Positions 27,662-39,856 of a stretch of 64,000 nucleotides of DNA are shown here, in pieces. Position 1 is the first letter of the stretch, and every line of letters starts with the position of its first letter. Source of the stretch: an uncultured beta proteobacterium (GTDB taxonomy: Bacteria; Pseudomonadota; Gammaproteobacteria; Burkholderiales; SG8-39); the NCBI GenBank assembly GCA_963744255.1, contig CAVUSZ010000019.1, positions 11,096 through 75,095 of the forward strand, in the 5' to 3' direction. A program made the position numbers and the translations under genes. A model generated the notes under the pieces. That model was given only the letters and a program-made list of their open reading frames with translations. It was not told where the DNA came from and made no database searches.

Positions 27662-28249
27662 ATGGAAGCGCCGCTCATCCTCACGCTCGACTCGCACGGG
27701 GTCCCGCACCGCTGGGTCCCGTGGCAGCAGGCGTGCTTCTACTACGCCAAGAACCTCGTTGCCTGGACCCTTGGGGAGGTCGCGTTCACCGCCCACGGCG
27801 GTATCTCGCGCCTCACCGGCGAGCGCTCGAGCATCACCGGACACTCCATCATCGCCATCAAGGGCAAGGCGATGGCGATGAAGGGCTTCAACCAGGTCCC
27901 GCCGCTCAACAACCGGGAGCTCTTTCGCCGCGATCGGCATGTCTGCGCGTACTGCGGTGGCGAGTTCTCGTTCCTGCGGCTGACGCGCGACCACATCCTG
28001 CCGATGTCGCGCGGCGGCCGGGACTCGTGGATGAACGTGGTGACTGCCTGCCGCCACTGCAACGGGGTCAAGCGCAACCACTCGCCGGAAGAAGCCGGGC
28101 TGCAGCTCCTGTACGCGCCGTACGTGCCGAACAAGGCCGAGTACCTGATCCTCACGAACCGCAAGATCCTGTCCGACCAGATGGAGCTTCTGCTCCAGCA
28201 CGTCTCGTCGCACAGCCGCGTGTTCGATCTGGCCCTCGCGACCCGTTAG
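27662..28249 (+). CDS. HNH endonuclease
   Basis: Start at MEAPLILTLD. HNH core CAYCGGEFSFLRLTRDHILPMSRGGRDSWMNVVTACRHCNGVK. Confidence 0.8.
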   Translation: MEAPLILTLDSHGVPHRWVPWQQACFYYAKNLVAWTLGEVAFTAHGGISRLTGERSSITGHSIIAIKGKAMAMKGFNQVPPLNNRELFRRDRHVCAYCGGEFSFLRLTRDHILPMSRGGRDSWMNVVTACRHCNGVKRNHSPEEAGLQLLYAPYVPNKAEYLILTNRKILSDQMELLLQHVSSHSRVFDLALATR

Positions 28250-28278
28250 CGCGGCGGGCTCGTCCCGCGCCTCACCGC

Positions 28279-29292
28279 ATGGCCCAGGACTTCTGGCGCA
28301 ATTCCGGGTTCCATCTGCTGGAGCGAAACGGCGCAGGGCGCCTGCGCGTCACCGACGACTTCCTGCGCGCCTACTTGCTGCGACCCGAGCTCCGTCCGGT
28401 GGAGGAATCGGGGCCCGCGGAGATCGCCCTGCACGACCGGTTGCTCGGCGAGCCGCGCCGCCCGGTCGCCGCCGGCGAACTCGAGGCCGTCGAGGACGCC
28501 GACGCGCGCGCCAACCTGCGAGTCTGGCTCGACTTCCGCGCGCGTCTGCTCGGCACCGACTCGCTCGAGGCCTGCTATCGCGGTCTCTTCGACGCCGACG
28601 TCCGCACCCCGCCGCTCTTCATCGATCAGCTGGTGCAGATCATCCTGCGCAACGTCCTCGACGGCGTCGACGATCCGCTCGAGGCACGCGCCGCCGAGCT
28701 CTATTATCGCGAGCAGAAGGCGAGCATCGACGAGGGGCGGATCCTGCTCGCCGACCTCGAGACGGTGGAGATGCACGCTTCCGGAGGCAATTATGGCAGC
28801 CTCGGCCGCCTGATCGTCGAAGCACAGACGCCGGTGAAGGCGGTGAATCTCGATGTGCTCGATGCGGACAACGGCGCGCTCTATTGGCTGCGCGACCAGC
28901 GGCATGATCTCGTCTTCAACGTGAACTACGGGCGCGCCGGTATTGCGGCGCTGGGTCGCGTGATCGCGCGCTGGGTGCGGCACTTCCTCGACATCGAGCT
29001 CACCGTCACGCCGCTGCGACAGATCCAGGACGCGCAGTGGGTCTGGCACGTCGGCCTCGACGCCGAGGCTACGTCAGTCCTGAACGACCTGTGGCGCGGC
29101 GAGGAGGTCGAGCCGGGCCGGCTGGCGCGCCTGCTCGCGCTGTTCCGGTTGGACTTCGCCGACCCTGCCGTCCTGCGTCCGGACGTCGCCGGCAGCCCAG
29201 TGTACCTCGCGCTCGCGATGGACGAGGAGAATGTCGTCCGCATGAAGCCGCAGAACCTGCTCCTCAATCTGCCGCTCGCCTCGCCATCGTGA
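28279..29292 (+). CDS. Conserved hypothetical protein (337 aa)
   Basis: Start at MAQDFWRNSGFHLLERN, inside the long ORF 27721..29292. GC3 is high. I weakly recall it as a DUF-type betaproteobacterial family. No catalytic motif recognised. Confidence 0.6.
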   Translation: MAQDFWRNSGFHLLERNGAGRLRVTDDFLRAYLLRPELRPVEESGPAEIALHDRLLGEPRRPVAAGELEAVEDADARANLRVWLDFRARLLGTDSLEACYRGLFDADVRTPPLFIDQLVQIILRNVLDGVDDPLEARAAELYYREQKASIDEGRILLADLETVEMHASGGNYGSLGRLIVEAQTPVKAVNLDVLDADNGALYWLRDQRHDLVFNVNYGRAGIAALGRVIARWVRHFLDIELTVTPLRQIQDAQWVWHVGLDAEATSVLNDLWRGEEVEPGRLARLLALFRLDFADPAVLRPDVAGSPVYLALAMDEENVVRMKPQNLLLNLPLASPS

Positions 29293-29912
29293 CCGCCGCG
29301 CCTGAATACTGGGCACGGGCAAAGCGTGCGCTCGCGCGCCGGGATCCGGTGCTCGCGCAGATCATGCGCGATTGCCCGCGCATCGCGTTGCAAACCCGCG
29401 GCGACCCGTTCCAGACGCTCGCACGCTCGATCGTCGGGCAGCAGATCTCGGTGAAAGCGGCGCAGAGCGTCTGGAACCGGCTCGCGGCGACCGTGCCGGC
29501 CGTCGCGCCGGAAGCGGTCCTGGCAGTCCGTCTTCACCGCCTGCGTTCGTGCGGGCTCTCGGGGCGCAAGAGCGAGTACCTGCGCGATCTGGCGCGCCAT
29601 TTCGTCGATGGCACGATCCAGGTGCACCGCTGGCCGGAGATGGACGACGAGGCGGTGATCGGCGAGCTCGTCGAGGTGCGCGGCATCGGGCGTTGGACGG
29701 CCGAGATGTTCCTGCTATTCAGTTTGCTCCGTCCCGACGTGCTGCCGGTCGACGATCTCGGCCTGCGGCGCGCGGCGAGCCGCCACTATTTCGATGGGGC
29801 GGACGTGGGCGCTGACGACCTCCGCGTGCTCGGCGCCGGGTGGGTGCCCTGGCGCTCGGTGGCAACCTGGTATCTATGGCGCAGCCTCGAGCCGGTGCCC
29901 GTGGAGTACTGA
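29289..29912 (+). CDS. DNA-3-methyladenine glycosylase II-type HhH-GPD base-excision enzyme
   Basis: GTG start overlaps the upstream stop (GTGA). It has the blocks [18 protein letters not shown] and [32 protein letters not shown] (HhH plus catalytic Asp region). Confidence 0.8.
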   Translation: MTAAPEYWARAKRALARRDPVLAQIMRDCPRIALQTRGDPFQTLARSIVGQQISVKAAQSVWNRLAATVPAVAPEAVLAVRLHRLRSCGLSGRKSEYLRDLARHFVDGTIQVHRWPEMDDEAVIGELVEVRGIGRWTAEMFLLFSLLRPDVLPVDDLGLRRAASRHYFDGADVGADDLRVLGAGWVPWRSVATWYLWRSLEPVPVEY

Positions 29913-29949
29913 GGCCACGCGGCAGTGGTTTAAAATCCGGGCGCCCGCC

Positions 29950-30918
29950 ATGAAAGCCGCTTTTCTCGACTTCGAGCAGCCGATCGCCGAGCTGGAGGCA
30001 CGGATCGACGAGCTGCGTTTCGTCCAGGACGATTCCGCCGTCGACATCTCCGAGGAGATCACGCGCCTGCAGAAGAAGAGCCAGGCGCTCACAAAGGAGA
30101 TCTACTCGAAGCTGACGCCTTGGCAGGTTGCGCAGGTGGCGCGCCACCCGCAGCGCCCTTACACGCTGGACTACGTCGGCGCGCTTTTCTCCGACTTCGA
30201 GGAGCTGCATGGAGATCGCTCGTTCGCCGACGATCTCTCGATCGTCGGCGGGCTCGCGCGCTTCAACGGCCAGACGGTGATGGTGATCGGCCACCAGAAG
30301 GGGCGCGACACCAAGGAGAAGCTCGCTCGCAACTTCGGCATGCCCCGCCCGGAGGGGTATCGCAAGGCGATGCGGTTCATGCGGCTCGCCGAGAAGTTCG
30401 GGCTCCCTGTGCTGACGTTCGTCGACACGCCGGGCGCGTATCCCGGGATCGGCGCGGAGGAGCGCGGCCAGGCCGAGGCAATCGGCCGGAGCCTGTACGT
30501 GCTCGCGGAGCTAAAGGTGCCGATCGTGTGCACCATCATCGGCGAAGGTGGCTCGGGCGGCGCGCTGGCGATCGCAGTCGGCGACACCGTCATGATGCTG
30601 CAATACGCCACCTACTCGGTGATCTCGCCCGAGGGCTGCGCCTCCATCCTGTGGAAGAACGCGGAGATGGCGCCAGAGGCAGCCGAGACGCTAGGCATCA
30701 CCGCCAACCGACTGAAGACGCTCGGCCTGATCGACAGGATCGTGAACGAGCCGCCGGGCGGCGCACATCGGGACCATGCCACCGCGGCGCAAAGCTTGAA
30801 GAAGGCGCTGCACGACGCGCTGCGTGGCCTCGCGGACAAGAGCCCGACGGAACTCGCCGAGGCGCGGTTCGAGCGGCTGATGGGCCATGGCAGGTTCAAG
30901 GAAGCGGCCACGAAGTGA
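29950..30918 (+). CDS. accA: Acetyl-CoA carboxylase carboxyltransferase subunit alpha
   Basis: [23 protein letters not shown].. and the [23 protein letters not shown] block. Confidence 0.95.
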   Translation: MKAAFLDFEQPIAELEARIDELRFVQDDSAVDISEEITRLQKKSQALTKEIYSKLTPWQVAQVARHPQRPYTLDYVGALFSDFEELHGDRSFADDLSIVGGLARFNGQTVMVIGHQKGRDTKEKLARNFGMPRPEGYRKAMRFMRLAEKFGLPVLTFVDTPGAYPGIGAEERGQAEAIGRSLYVLAELKVPIVCTIIGEGGSGGALAIAVGDTVMMLQYATYSVISPEGCASILWKNAEMAPEAAETLGITANRLKTLGLIDRIVNEPPGGAHRDHATAAQSLKKALHDALRGLADKSPTELAEARFERLMGHGRFKEAATK

Positions 30919-32275
30919 GCTCGCCGAGCGCGTCGCCGCGGAGCTCCGCCGCCACGTCCCGCGCGGCGCGAAGCTGACGCTCGCGCTCTCGGGCGGCGTC
31001 GATTCGATCGCGGCGCTCGACATCCTGGCAGGCCTCGCGCCGTCGTATTCGTTTGCGCTCGACTGCCTCCACGTCAATCACCGGATCAGCCCGAACGCCG
31101 GAGCATGGGCGCGTTTCGCGCGCGCCGCGGCCCGTCGCTACGACCTGAAGTGCACGGTCAGGACGGTCGACATCGCGCCTTTCCGCCGGCTCGGCGTGGA
31201 AGGCGCGGCCCGCGCGGCACGGTACGCGGCGTTCGAGCGCGTCCGGACCGATTTCCTGGCGCTGGCGCAGCATCGGGACGACCAGGCGGAGACGGTGCTG
31301 CTGCAGCTCGTGCGGGGCGCCGGCGTCGCCGGTCTCGCGGGCATGGCGCCCTCGCGTCCCGCCGGGAGGCGCGGCCCGATACTGGTGCGTCCGCTCCTCG
31401 GCGCGTCGCGTGCCGAGCTGGAGGGGTACGCGCGCGACCGGGGCCTCCAGTGGGTCGAGGACGAGTCGAACGCGGACGAGCGGTACGCGCGGAACTTCGT
31501 TCGCCGGCGAGTGATGCCGCTCCTCGCCGACCTGAACGACGCGGCGGCGGCGAACCTGGCGCGAAGCGCCGCACATCTCGCCGAGGCGCAAGAGTTGGCG
31601 CGCGCGCTGGCGGCACTCGACGCGGGCGACGCGGTGCAGGACGGTCGACTGAGCGCGGCAGCGCTCGCCCGACTGCCGCGTGCGCGAGCCAAGAACCTGC
31701 TCCGGTGGGCGATCGCGGAAGCGGACTTGACCACCCCGGACGCGCCCCGCCTCGACGAGATGCTGCGTCAGCTCGCCACCGCGCGAGGCGATGCGACAGT
31801 CCGTTTACCGCTCGACGGCGCGGAGGTGAGGCGCTACCGGGACGCGATCTGGATCGTCCCGGGTTGGACGCCGCCGCCGCGCGGCTTCCGCGCGCGCTGG
31901 GACGGCCGCTCGGCCTGGCCGTTGCCTGAACTCGGCGGCACGCTCAGGTTCAAAGCCACCATCGGGGCCGGTGTCGCCGCCCGCGCTCTCGCCCCCGACC
32001 GGCTCGAGGTCAGGCTGCGGACCGGCGGGGAGCAGTTCCGGCCGGATCGCCGGCGCCCCCGTCGGCTGCTCAAAGCGCTGCTCCAGGAGCGCGGCGTGCC
32101 GCCGTGGGAGCGCGCGCGCCTCCCGCTCCTCTATTGCGCAGGAAAACTGGTTGCGGTTCCGGGAATCGGCGTCGCCGTCGCGGCCGCGGCCGAGCCCGGC
32201 GAGCCCGGCTGGGCGATATCGTGGGCACCCGACCGGCTCAACCTGCCGAAACCCGCGAAAGCGATGTTAAAATAA
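30887..32275 (+). CDS. tilS: tRNA(Ile)-lysidine synthase
   Basis: SGGVDS PP-loop motif, its position after accA, and a C-terminal TilS domain. The start may lie slightly downstream. Confidence 0.9.
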   Translation: MAGSRKRPRSELAERVAAELRRHVPRGAKLTLALSGGVDSIAALDILAGLAPSYSFALDCLHVNHRISPNAGAWARFARAAARRYDLKCTVRTVDIAPFRRLGVEGAARAARYAAFERVRTDFLALAQHRDDQAETVLLQLVRGAGVAGLAGMAPSRPAGRRGPILVRPLLGASRAELEGYARDRGLQWVEDESNADERYARNFVRRRVMPLLADLNDAAAANLARSAAHLAEAQELARALAALDAGDAVQDGRLSAAALARLPRARAKNLLRWAIAEADLTTPDAPRLDEMLRQLATARGDATVRLPLDGAEVRRYRDAIWIVPGWTPPPRGFRARWDGRSAWPLPELGGTLRFKATIGAGVAARALAPDRLEVRLRTGGEQFRPDRRRPRRLLKALLQERGVPPWERARLPLLYCAGKLVAVPGIGVAVAAAAEPGEPGWAISWAPDRLNLPKPAKAMLK

Positions 32276-32308
32276 CAAGTTATTCACAACTTCTCGAACG
32301 ACGAACCA

Positions 32309-32734
32309 ATGGCGGTAGAACGTACGCTATCCATCATCAAGCCGGACGCAGTGGCGAAGAACGTTATCGGCCAGATCTACGCGCGCTTCGAGGCGGCCGG
32401 GCTGAAGGTGGTCGCGGCCCGGATGATGTGGCTCTCGCAGAACCAGTCGGAGGGTTTCTACGAGGTGCACCGCGAGCGCCCGTTCTTTCGCGATCTCGTG
32501 AAGTTCATGACCACCGGGCCGGTCATGGTGCAAGTGCTCGAAGGCGAGAACGCGATCGCGAAGAACCGCGAGCTGATGGGCGCAACCGACCCCAAAAAGG
32601 CGGCGAAGGGCACGATTCGCGCCGACTTCGCGGAGTCGATCGACGCGAACGCCGTGCACGGCTCGGACGGGGCGGACACCGCGCTCACCGAGATCGCGTT
32701 CTTCTTCCCGAGCGGCGAGATCCACTCGCGCTAG
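32309..32734 (+). CDS. ndk: Nucleoside-diphosphate kinase
   Basis: 141 aa, [12 protein letters not shown].., NAVHGSD active-site block. Confidence 0.97.
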   Translation: MAVERTLSIIKPDAVAKNVIGQIYARFEAAGLKVVAARMMWLSQNQSEGFYEVHRERPFFRDLVKFMTTGPVMVQVLEGENAIAKNRELMGATDPKKAAKGTIRADFAESIDANAVHGSDGADTALTEIAFFFPSGEIHSR

Positions 32735-32748
32735 TGGCGGCTGCACGG

Positions 32749-33834
32749 ATGAAAGTCAACCTTCTCGGACTCGACGCCGACGCGCTTGCCGGCTTCTTCG
32801 CCGAGCGCGGCGAGAAGCCCTTTCGTGTGCAGCAGGTTCTGCGCTGGGTGCACCAGTTCGGCGAGTCCGACTTCGCGCGCATGAGCGACCTCGCCAAGGG
32901 CCTGCGCGAAATGCTCACGGCGGCCGCCGAGGTCGTGCCGCCGCCGATGATGAGCGACACCGTCGCCGGCGATGGCACCCGGAAATGGCTGCTCGACGTA
33001 GGCAACCGCAACGCGGTCGAGACGGTGTTCATTCCGGAAGCGAACCGCGGCACGTTGTGCGTTTCGAGCCAGGCGGGCTGCACGATGGCCTGCCAGTTCT
33101 GCTCGACCGGCCGGCAGGGGTTCAACCGCAACCTCGCCACCGCCGAGATCGTAGGCCAGCTCTGGCATGCGAACCGGGCGCTGGGTGCCGCCCGCGGTGG
33201 CAATCGCATCATCAGCAACGTCGTGCTGATGGGCATGGGGGAGCCGCTGCTCAACTTCGACAACGTCGTCCGGGCGCTCCGCCTGATGCTGGACGATCGC
33301 GCTTACGGGCTGTCGCGCCGCCGGGTAACGCTCTCGACCGTGGGCGTCGTGCCGATGATGGATCGCCTTCGCGACGAATGCCCGGTCGCGCTCGCGGTGA
33401 GCCTGCACGCCCCCGACGATGCGCTGCGCAGCCGGCTCGTTCCGGTAAACGAGAAGTATCCCCTCCAGACGCTGCTCGCCGCCTGCCGCCGCTACCTCGA
33501 GCGCAGCCCGCGCGACTTCATCACCTTCGAGTACGTCATGCTGGACGGAGTCAATGACGGCGACGCGCACGCGCGCGCGCTCGTCGACCTGGTCGCCGAC
33601 GTACCCTGCAAGTTCAACCTCATTCCCTTCAACCCTTTCCCGCACTCGGGTTTCCGGCGTTCGTCGCCCGGCGCGATCCGCCGTTTCGCCGACCGGCTGC
33701 TCGCCGCCGGCATCGTCTGCACGACGCGCCGCACGCGCGGCGACGACATCGATGCCGCCTGCGGCCAGCTCGCGGGCCGGGTGCAGGACCGGACGAGGCG
33801 GGCGGGCGCGCGACTAGCGAGGGCAACCCAATGA
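32749..33834 (+). CDS. rlmN: 23S rRNA/tRNA A2503 C2-methyltransferase (radical SAM)
   Basis: Start MKVNLLGLD. It has the CxxxCxxC motif [12 protein letters not shown] and a C-terminal [11 protein letters not shown] block. Confidence 0.95.
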   Translation: MKVNLLGLDADALAGFFAERGEKPFRVQQVLRWVHQFGESDFARMSDLAKGLREMLTAAAEVVPPPMMSDTVAGDGTRKWLLDVGNRNAVETVFIPEANRGTLCVSSQAGCTMACQFCSTGRQGFNRNLATAEIVGQLWHANRALGAARGGNRIISNVVLMGMGEPLLNFDNVVRALRLMLDDRAYGLSRRRVTLSTVGVVPMMDRLRDECPVALAVSLHAPDDALRSRLVPVNEKYPLQTLLAACRRYLERSPRDFITFEYVMLDGVNDGDAHARALVDLVADVPCKFNLIPFNPFPHSGFRRSSPGAIRRFADRLLAAGIVCTTRRTRGDDIDAACGQLAGRVQDRTRRAGARLARATQ

Positions 33835-34643
33835 GCACCATGCTTCGCGCGGTTTCGCTTGTCGCGATCGCCGCGATTCTCGCCACCGGCTGCGCAAACA
33901 GGGGCGAGACCCAGGCGGAACGAGTGCAGCCGACCGATCCCGGTTACGGCCCGGTCATCGGCGACGTCAAGGACGGCCGCACCCGTGCGAAAGCGCACAC
34001 CGATCTCGCCGGGGCCTACTACGAGCTCGGCAACTTCGGGGTCGCGCTCGAGGAGGCCCGCATCGCGCTCGCCGCCGACCCGAACTATCCGCCGGCGTAT
34101 AACGTCCAAGGCCTGGTCAGCATGGAGCTCAAGGACGACGCCGCGGCGGATGCGAGCTTCCAACGCGGCCTCAAGCTCGCCCCGCAGGACCCGGATCTCA
34201 ATCACAACTACGGCTGGTTCCTGTGTCAGACGGGAAAGGAGGAGCAGTCGGTGCAATGGTTCATGAACGCGATCAAGAACCCGCTGTACGCCACGCCGTC
34301 GAAGTCGTACGCGGCGATGGGCCGGTGCCTGCAGAAGCGCAATCCCGCGGAATCGGCGCAATACCTCGAACGTGCGCTGCGCCTCGACCCCAACACCATC
34401 CAGGCGATGATGCCCTATGCGGAGCACCTGTATCGCCGCGGCCAGTACGTCCAGGCGAAGGAGCTCGTCGGTCGCTATAACAAGATGCTCCCCGAGCCGT
34501 CGCCCGAGTCGCTGTGGCTCGCGCTCCGGATCGAGCGCAAGCTCGGCGACCGGGGCGCCGAGGCCAGTCTCGCGACGCAGCTGCGTCGTCGCTACAGCAA
34601 CTCGAGCGAGTACCAGTCGCTGCTGCGCGGGGACTTCGATTGA
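33831..34643 (+). CDS. pilW: Type IV pilus biogenesis/stability TPR lipoprotein PilW
   Basis: Lipobox LATGC, TPR repeats, and the conserved position between rlmN and rodZ. Confidence 0.8.
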   Translation: MSTMLRAVSLVAIAAILATGCANRGETQAERVQPTDPGYGPVIGDVKDGRTRAKAHTDLAGAYYELGNFGVALEEARIALAADPNYPPAYNVQGLVSMELKDDAAADASFQRGLKLAPQDPDLNHNYGWFLCQTGKEEQSVQWFMNAIKNPLYATPSKSYAAMGRCLQKRNPAESAQYLERALRLDPNTIQAMMPYAEHLYRRGQYVQAKELVGRYNKMLPEPSPESLWLALRIERKLGDRGAEASLATQLRRRYSNSSEYQSLLRGDFD

Positions 34644-34645
34644 CG

Positions 34646-35446
34646 ATGAGCAATTCCGCTACCCCGGCGCAACCGGACGAGCCTCAGCGCCCGGGCGCGC
34701 TGCTCGCCGCGGCGCGTCAGGCGCGCCGGATGACCGTTGCCGAGGTCGCGTCGCGGCTCAAGTTCTCGGCGCGGCAGTTCGAGGCGCTGGAGGCTGACCG
34801 ATACGACGCGCTGCCGGACCCTTCCATTGTGCGCGGGATGATCCGCAACTATGCGCGACTCGTTGGCATCGATCCCGGTCCGGTGCTCGACGCGCTGCGT
34901 CAGCATCTCAATGCCGGGCCGGTGACGATGCTGCCGGACAGGATAGAGGTACCGTTCCCCCGCGTGACGCGCCGGGGCTCGTTCGTCTACGTCCTGCTGT
35001 CGGCAATCGTCGTGATCGCGGTCGTAAGCGTGATCGTCGAATGGGTCCTGCGTCCCGGCACACCGGACGTGGCCGCTGCCGGGCAAAGGGCGCCGCTGCT
35101 CCGAGCGCCCGAACCTGTCGCGACCCCGGCCCCGGCGCCGGTCCCGACGCAGATCGCACTGCCCGAGCAGCGGCGCCCGGCCGTTGTCCAGCAGGAGACC
35201 GTGCTGAGCGTGAAACGCATCGAACTCGTGTTCGACCGCGAGTCGTGGGTCGAGATCAAGGACGCCGACGGCCGAGTCGTTTTTTCCCAGCTCAATCCGC
35301 CCGGCACCCGGCGGAACGTCGTCGGCGAGGCGCCGTTCGCGCTCGTCATCGGCGCCGCCAGCGGCGTGAAGCTGCGTTACAACGACTCCGACGTCGACCT
35401 GGGGCCGTTCACGCGCACCGACGTCGCGCGTCTGACCCTCAAGTGA
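34646..35446 (+). CDS. rodZ: RodZ-like helix-turn-helix cytoskeletal protein
   Basis: N-terminal [34 protein letters not shown], a single TM segment, and a C-terminal DUF4115-like region. It lies upstream of ispG. Confidence 0.75.
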   Translation: MSNSATPAQPDEPQRPGALLAAARQARRMTVAEVASRLKFSARQFEALEADRYDALPDPSIVRGMIRNYARLVGIDPGPVLDALRQHLNAGPVTMLPDRIEVPFPRVTRRGSFVYVLLSAIVVIAVVSVIVEWVLRPGTPDVAAAGQRAPLLRAPEPVATPAPAPVPTQIALPEQRRPAVVQQETVLSVKRIELVFDRESWVEIKDADGRVVFSQLNPPGTRRNVVGEAPFALVIGAASGVKLRYNDSDVDLGPFTRTDVARLTLK

Positions 35447-35450
35447 CGCA

Positions 35451-36716
35451 GTGAAGCGCCGCGGCTCGCGCAAGGTCTGGATCGCGCACGTTCCGCTCGG
35501 GGGCGATGCGCCGATCATGGTGCAGTCGATGACCAATACCGACACCGCGGACCCGGTGGCGACTGCCCGGCAGGTGCTCGAGCTCGCCCGCGCGGGGTCG
35601 GAGGCAGTGCGGGTGACGGTCAACACGGCGGAGGCCGCGGCGGCGGTGCCCGCGATCCGCTCGCAGCTCGACGCCTGGGGCTGCGATGTCCCGCTCGTGG
35701 GGGATTTTCACTTCAACGGCCACAAGCTTCTCACCGAGTTCCCCGGCTGTGCTGTGGCGCTCGCGAAGTACCGCATCAATCCCGGCAACATCGGACGCGG
35801 CGCGAAACGCGACGAGCAGTTCGCGACCATGATCGAAACCGCGTGCCGCCACGCGAAACCGGTGCGGATCGGCGTCAACTGGGGCAGCCTCGACCAGGAG
35901 CTGCTGGTGCGGCTGATGGACGAGAACGCCGCGCGACCCGAGCCGCTCGATGCCGACGCCGTGATGCGGGAGGCCCTCATCACCTCGGCGATCGAAAGCG
36001 CGGCTCGCGCCGAGGAGATCGGACTCCCCGGAGACCGGATCGTCCTGTCGTGCAAGGTTAGCGGCGTACAGGACCTGATTGCCGTATACCGCGAGCTCGC
36101 GCGTCGCTGCGACTATCCGCTGCACCTCGGGCTCACTGAGGCGGGGATGGGCTCCAAAGGGATCGTCGCGTCGACCGCGGCGATGGCCGTGCTGCTACAG
36201 GAGGGGATCGGCGACACGATTCGAGTCTCGCTCACACCGGAGCCGGGCGGCGACCGCACGCGGGAAGTCCTGGTGGCGCAGGAGTTGCTGCAGACGATGG
36301 GCCTGCGTTCGTTCGCACCCCTCGTGATCGCGTGCCCGGGGTGCGGCAGGACGACGAGCACCTTCTTCCAGGAGCTCGCGGCGAAGATCCAGAGCTATCT
36401 CCGCGCGCAGATGCCGGCGTGGCGCGAAGGCTATCCCGGCGTCGAGGGGATGCATGTCGCCGTGATGGGCTGCGTGGTGAACGGGCCGGGCGAGTCGAAG
36501 CACGCGAACATCGGCATCAGCCTGCCCGGGTCGGGTGAGCGGCCGGTCGCGCCGGTCTACGTCGACGGCGTCAAGACCGTGACGTTGAAGGGCGAGGCGA
36601 TCGCCGAGGACTTCCAGCGCATCGTCGAGGACTACGTGCGCACGACCTATGGCCCCGGCGGGAAGGGGCGGCGCGAGGCTGCGGACCACGAAGAGACCAC
36701 CAAGGCCGTCGCTTAG
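35451..36716 (+). CDS. ispG: 4-hydroxy-3-methylbut-2-enyl diphosphate synthase
   Basis: [19 protein letters not shown] and GCVVNGPGE motifs. Confidence 0.95.
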   Translation: MKRRGSRKVWIAHVPLGGDAPIMVQSMTNTDTADPVATARQVLELARAGSEAVRVTVNTAEAAAAVPAIRSQLDAWGCDVPLVGDFHFNGHKLLTEFPGCAVALAKYRINPGNIGRGAKRDEQFATMIETACRHAKPVRIGVNWGSLDQELLVRLMDENAARPEPLDADAVMREALITSAIESAARAEEIGLPGDRIVLSCKVSGVQDLIAVYRELARRCDYPLHLGLTEAGMGSKGIVASTAAMAVLLQEGIGDTIRVSLTPEPGGDRTREVLVAQELLQTMGLRSFAPLVIACPGCGRTTSTFFQELAAKIQSYLRAQMPAWREGYPGVEGMHVAVMGCVVNGPGESKHANIGISLPGSGERPVAPVYVDGVKTVTLKGEAIAEDFQRIVEDYVRTTYGPGGKGRREAADHEETTKAVA

Positions 36717-36732
36717 AACGGCCCGCGAGCCT

Positions 36733-38016
36733 ATGACCCAGACCATCCAGGCGGTGCGGGGGATGAACGACATCCTCCCGGACGAGGCCGAACTTTGGGA
36801 GTGCCTCGAGGAAACGGTGCGCTCCTGGGCGCGGAGCTACGGCTACCGCAACATCCGCACGCCGCTCCTAGAGCACACGGCACTCTTCCGCCGCGCGATC
36901 GGGGAGGCGACCGATATCGTCGAGAAGGAGATGTACAGCTTCGTCGACGAGCTGAACGGCGAGCATCTGACGCTCCGTCCCGAGGCGACCGCGTCGACCG
37001 TGCGCGCCTCCATCGAGCACTCGCTTCTCTACGGCGGGCCGCAGCGGCTCTGGTACATGGGGCCGATGTACCGGCACGAGCGGCCGCAGAAGGGGCGCTA
37101 CCGGCAGTTCCACCAGGTGGGCGCGGAGGCGCTCGGCGTTCCCGGGCCCGACGTCGATGCCGAGCTGATCCTGATGTGCGCGCGGCTTTGGGACGACCTC
37201 GGCCTCGAAGGCATCCGGCTGCATCTCAACTCGCTCGGCAGCCTCGAGGAGCGGCGCGCGCACCGCGAGGCGCTGGTCGGTTATCTCAGGCGGCACGAGG
37301 CCGACCTCGACGAGGATTCGCGGCGGCGTCTCGTCAGCAACCCGCTCCGCGTGCTCGACACCAAGAACGCGGTGCTGCAAGCGGTCGTCGCGGGTGCTCC
37401 GAAGCTCCTCGACTACCTTGGTGAAGCGTCGCTCAGGCACTTCGACGGCGTGCAAGCCGTGCTGAAAGACGCCGCGATCCCGTACACGATCGACCACCGG
37501 CTGGTCCGCGGGCTCGACTACTACAACCGCACCGTGTTCGAGTGGATCTCGGACCGGCTCGGCGCGCAAGGCACCGTCTGCGGCGGCGGCCGCTACGACG
37601 GGCTCTTCGTGCAGCTCGGCGGCAAGGCCTCGGCGGCGGCCGGGTTCGCGATGGGCGTCGAGCGGTTGATCGCGCTCGTGCAAGACGCCGGGAAGCCGTC
37701 AGCGGCCGAGACTTATGACGTCTACGTCGTGCACCAGGGCGAAACGGCCGACCGGTTCGCGTTCACCGTCGCCGAGCGGCTCCGGGATCACGGCTTCTCG
37801 GTGGTCCAGCACTGCGGCGCAGGCAGCTTCAAATTGCAGATGAAGCGCGCAGACGCGAGCGGCGCCGAAGTGGCGGTGATCGTCGGCGACGACGAGGCCG
37901 CCGCGGGCGAGGCGAGCGTGAAACCGCTGCGGGCCGACCGCGGCCAGGTGCGCGTGCCGCTCGAGCGGCTCCCGGCCGCACTGACCGACATGATCTACCC
38001 GGACGAAAGCGAATGA
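36733..38016 (+). CDS. hisS: Histidine--tRNA ligase
   Basis: Start [16 protein letters not shown]. Class II motifs including [16 protein letters not shown] and GGGRYDGL. Confidence 0.95.
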   Translation: MTQTIQAVRGMNDILPDEAELWECLEETVRSWARSYGYRNIRTPLLEHTALFRRAIGEATDIVEKEMYSFVDELNGEHLTLRPEATASTVRASIEHSLLYGGPQRLWYMGPMYRHERPQKGRYRQFHQVGAEALGVPGPDVDAELILMCARLWDDLGLEGIRLHLNSLGSLEERRAHREALVGYLRRHEADLDEDSRRRLVSNPLRVLDTKNAVLQAVVAGAPKLLDYLGEASLRHFDGVQAVLKDAAIPYTIDHRLVRGLDYYNRTVFEWISDRLGAQGTVCGGGRYDGLFVQLGGKASAAAGFAMGVERLIALVQDAGKPSAAETYDVYVVHQGETADRFAFTVAERLRDHGFSVVQHCGAGSFKLQMKRADASGAEVAVIVGDDEAAAGEASVKPLRADRGQVRVPLERLPAALTDMIYPDESE

Positions 38017-38651
38017 GCACCTACGACCTCGAAGAACAGGAACAGCTCGCCGAGCTGAAGGCATTCTGGAAGCAGTACGGCAATCTGATCGTGCTGGCCG
38101 TTGCGGCCGCGGTTGCGATCTTCGCCGGCTACCGGACCTGGCACTGGTACCAGGGCTCGCAGTCGACGCAGGCGAGCGCCGTCTACGGCGAGCTGCAGAA
38201 GGCCGTGTCGGCGAACGACGGCAAGAAGGTGCGCGACCTCAGCGGTACCTTGATCGAACAGTACCCGCGCTCGGTGTATGCGCCGCTCGGTGCGCTGATC
38301 TCGGCCAAGGCTCATTTCGCCGCCGGAGATCTCAAGACCGCGCGCGCGCAGCTTGCCTGGGTCGTCGAGAACGCGCGCGATCCGGGTGTGCAGGCGGTTG
38401 CGCGGTTGCGGCTCGCCAACGTCCTCATCGACGAGAGAGCGCATGACGAGGCGCTCAAAGTGCTTGCCGTCAAGCTCGAGCCCGCGTTCGAGCCGCTGTT
38501 CGAGGATGTGCGGGGCGACGTGCTCGTCGCGCAAGGCAAGCCCGCGGAGGCGAAGGCCGCCTACCGGTCGGCGCTCGCCAAGCTGAAGCCCGGCGACGAT
38601 GCGGCCCGGGAGCTCATCCAGCTCAAGCTCGACGGGCTCGGCGACAAATGA
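38013..38651 (+). CDS. YfgM-family TPR-like membrane protein
   Basis: N-terminal [18 protein letters not shown] followed by a TM segment. It sits in the conserved position between hisS and bamB. Confidence 0.8.
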   Translation: MSTYDLEEQEQLAELKAFWKQYGNLIVLAVAAAVAIFAGYRTWHWYQGSQSTQASAVYGELQKAVSANDGKKVRDLSGTLIEQYPRSVYAPLGALISAKAHFAAGDLKTARAQLAWVVENARDPGVQAVARLRLANVLIDERAHDEALKVLAVKLEPAFEPLFEDVRGDVLVAQGKPAEAKAAYRSALAKLKPGDDAARELIQLKLDGLGDK

Positions 38652-39820
38652 CGCGAACGGACGGCGCGACCCTGCGCCGACTGCTCTCGCCGTTCCTCGC
38701 CCTCGCGCTCGCCGGCTGCGGGAGCATGAGCTGGAATCCGGTGGACTGGTTCACCCGCTCGGCACCGCCGCCGCCGGCGCCGCTCGCCGACATCCGCAGC
38801 CCGGTGCCCGCACGCGTGCTGTGGCAGGCATCTGTCGGGCGCGCGCGCGACGCCGCGTTCACCCCTGCGGTTGCGGGCGGCAGCGTGTTCGCCGCCGGCG
38901 CAGAGGGGCTGGTGACGCGCCTCGATGCGGCCACCGGCAAGCAGATCTGGCAAGTGAAGCTCCCGAGCATGCTGTCGGGTGGCGTCGGCAGCGACGGGAA
39001 GCTGGTCGTCGTCGGCTCGACCGAGGGCGAGGTGATCGCGCTCGACTCGGATGGGCGGACGCTATGGCGAGCGCGCGTGTCGAGCGAGGTGCTGGCGCCG
39101 CCGGAGATTGCGGGGGATGTGGTCGTCGTCCGGAGCGCCGACAGCCGGATCTTCGCGCTCGACGCGCGCGACGGACGGCGGCGCTGGCTCTATCAGCGCG
39201 CCGCGCCGGCGCTCGCAGTACGCAACCCCGCCGGGCTCGTGGTGCGCGGCGGTTACGTCTTCGCCGGTTTCTCGGGGGGCAAGCTTGTCGCGCTCGCGCT
39301 CGCAAACGGCGGCTTGCGCTGGGAGGGTACGGTGTCGATCCCGAAGGGCACGACGGAGCTCGAGCGGGTGACGGACGTGATTGGGCTGCCCTGGGTCGGG
39401 GAGCGCGAGACCTGCGCCGTCGCGTTCCAAGGTCGTGTCGCGTGCTTCGACCTCGGGAACGGCAACCAGATCTGGGGACGCGACATGTCATCGTCGAGCG
39501 GGCTCGGCGTCGATACCCGGTACGTATACGTGAGCGAGGACCGCGGCGCGGTCTCGGCGCTCGAGCGCACGACCGGCCGCAGCCTGTGGCGCCAGGATCG
39601 GCTCGCGAACCGCAATCTCTCCGCGCCTCTCCCTGTTGGCGCCGAGATCGCGGTCGGCGACGTACAGGGATACGTCCATCTTCTGGCGCAGGACAGCGGC
39701 GCGTTCGTCGGCCGGATCGCGACCGATGGCTCGCCGGTGCGCGCCGCGCCGGTGCCGCTCGCGAACGGCTTTCTCGTGCAGACTTCGGGTGGGACCGTCT
39801 ACGCGTTCGCCACGCGTTGA
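38648..39820 (+). CDS. bamB: Outer-membrane protein assembly factor BamB
   Basis: Lipobox LALAGCGS and a PQQ-like beta-propeller repeat pattern. Confidence 0.9.
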   Translation: MTRTDGATLRRLLSPFLALALAGCGSMSWNPVDWFTRSAPPPPAPLADIRSPVPARVLWQASVGRARDAAFTPAVAGGSVFAAGAEGLVTRLDAATGKQIWQVKLPSMLSGGVGSDGKLVVVGSTEGEVIALDSDGRTLWRARVSSEVLAPPEIAGDVVVVRSADSRIFALDARDGRRRWLYQRAAPALAVRNPAGLVVRGGYVFAGFSGGKLVALALANGGLRWEGTVSIPKGTTELERVTDVIGLPWVGERETCAVAFQGRVACFDLGNGNQIWGRDMSSSSGLGVDTRYVYVSEDRGAVSALERTTGRSLWRQDRLANRNLSAPLPVGAEIAVGDVQGYVHLLAQDSGAFVGRIATDGSPVRAAPVPLANGFLVQTSGGTVYAFATR

Positions 39821-39856
39821 TCGCAACCACGGCGCAATGATCGCGCGCTGGCAGCA

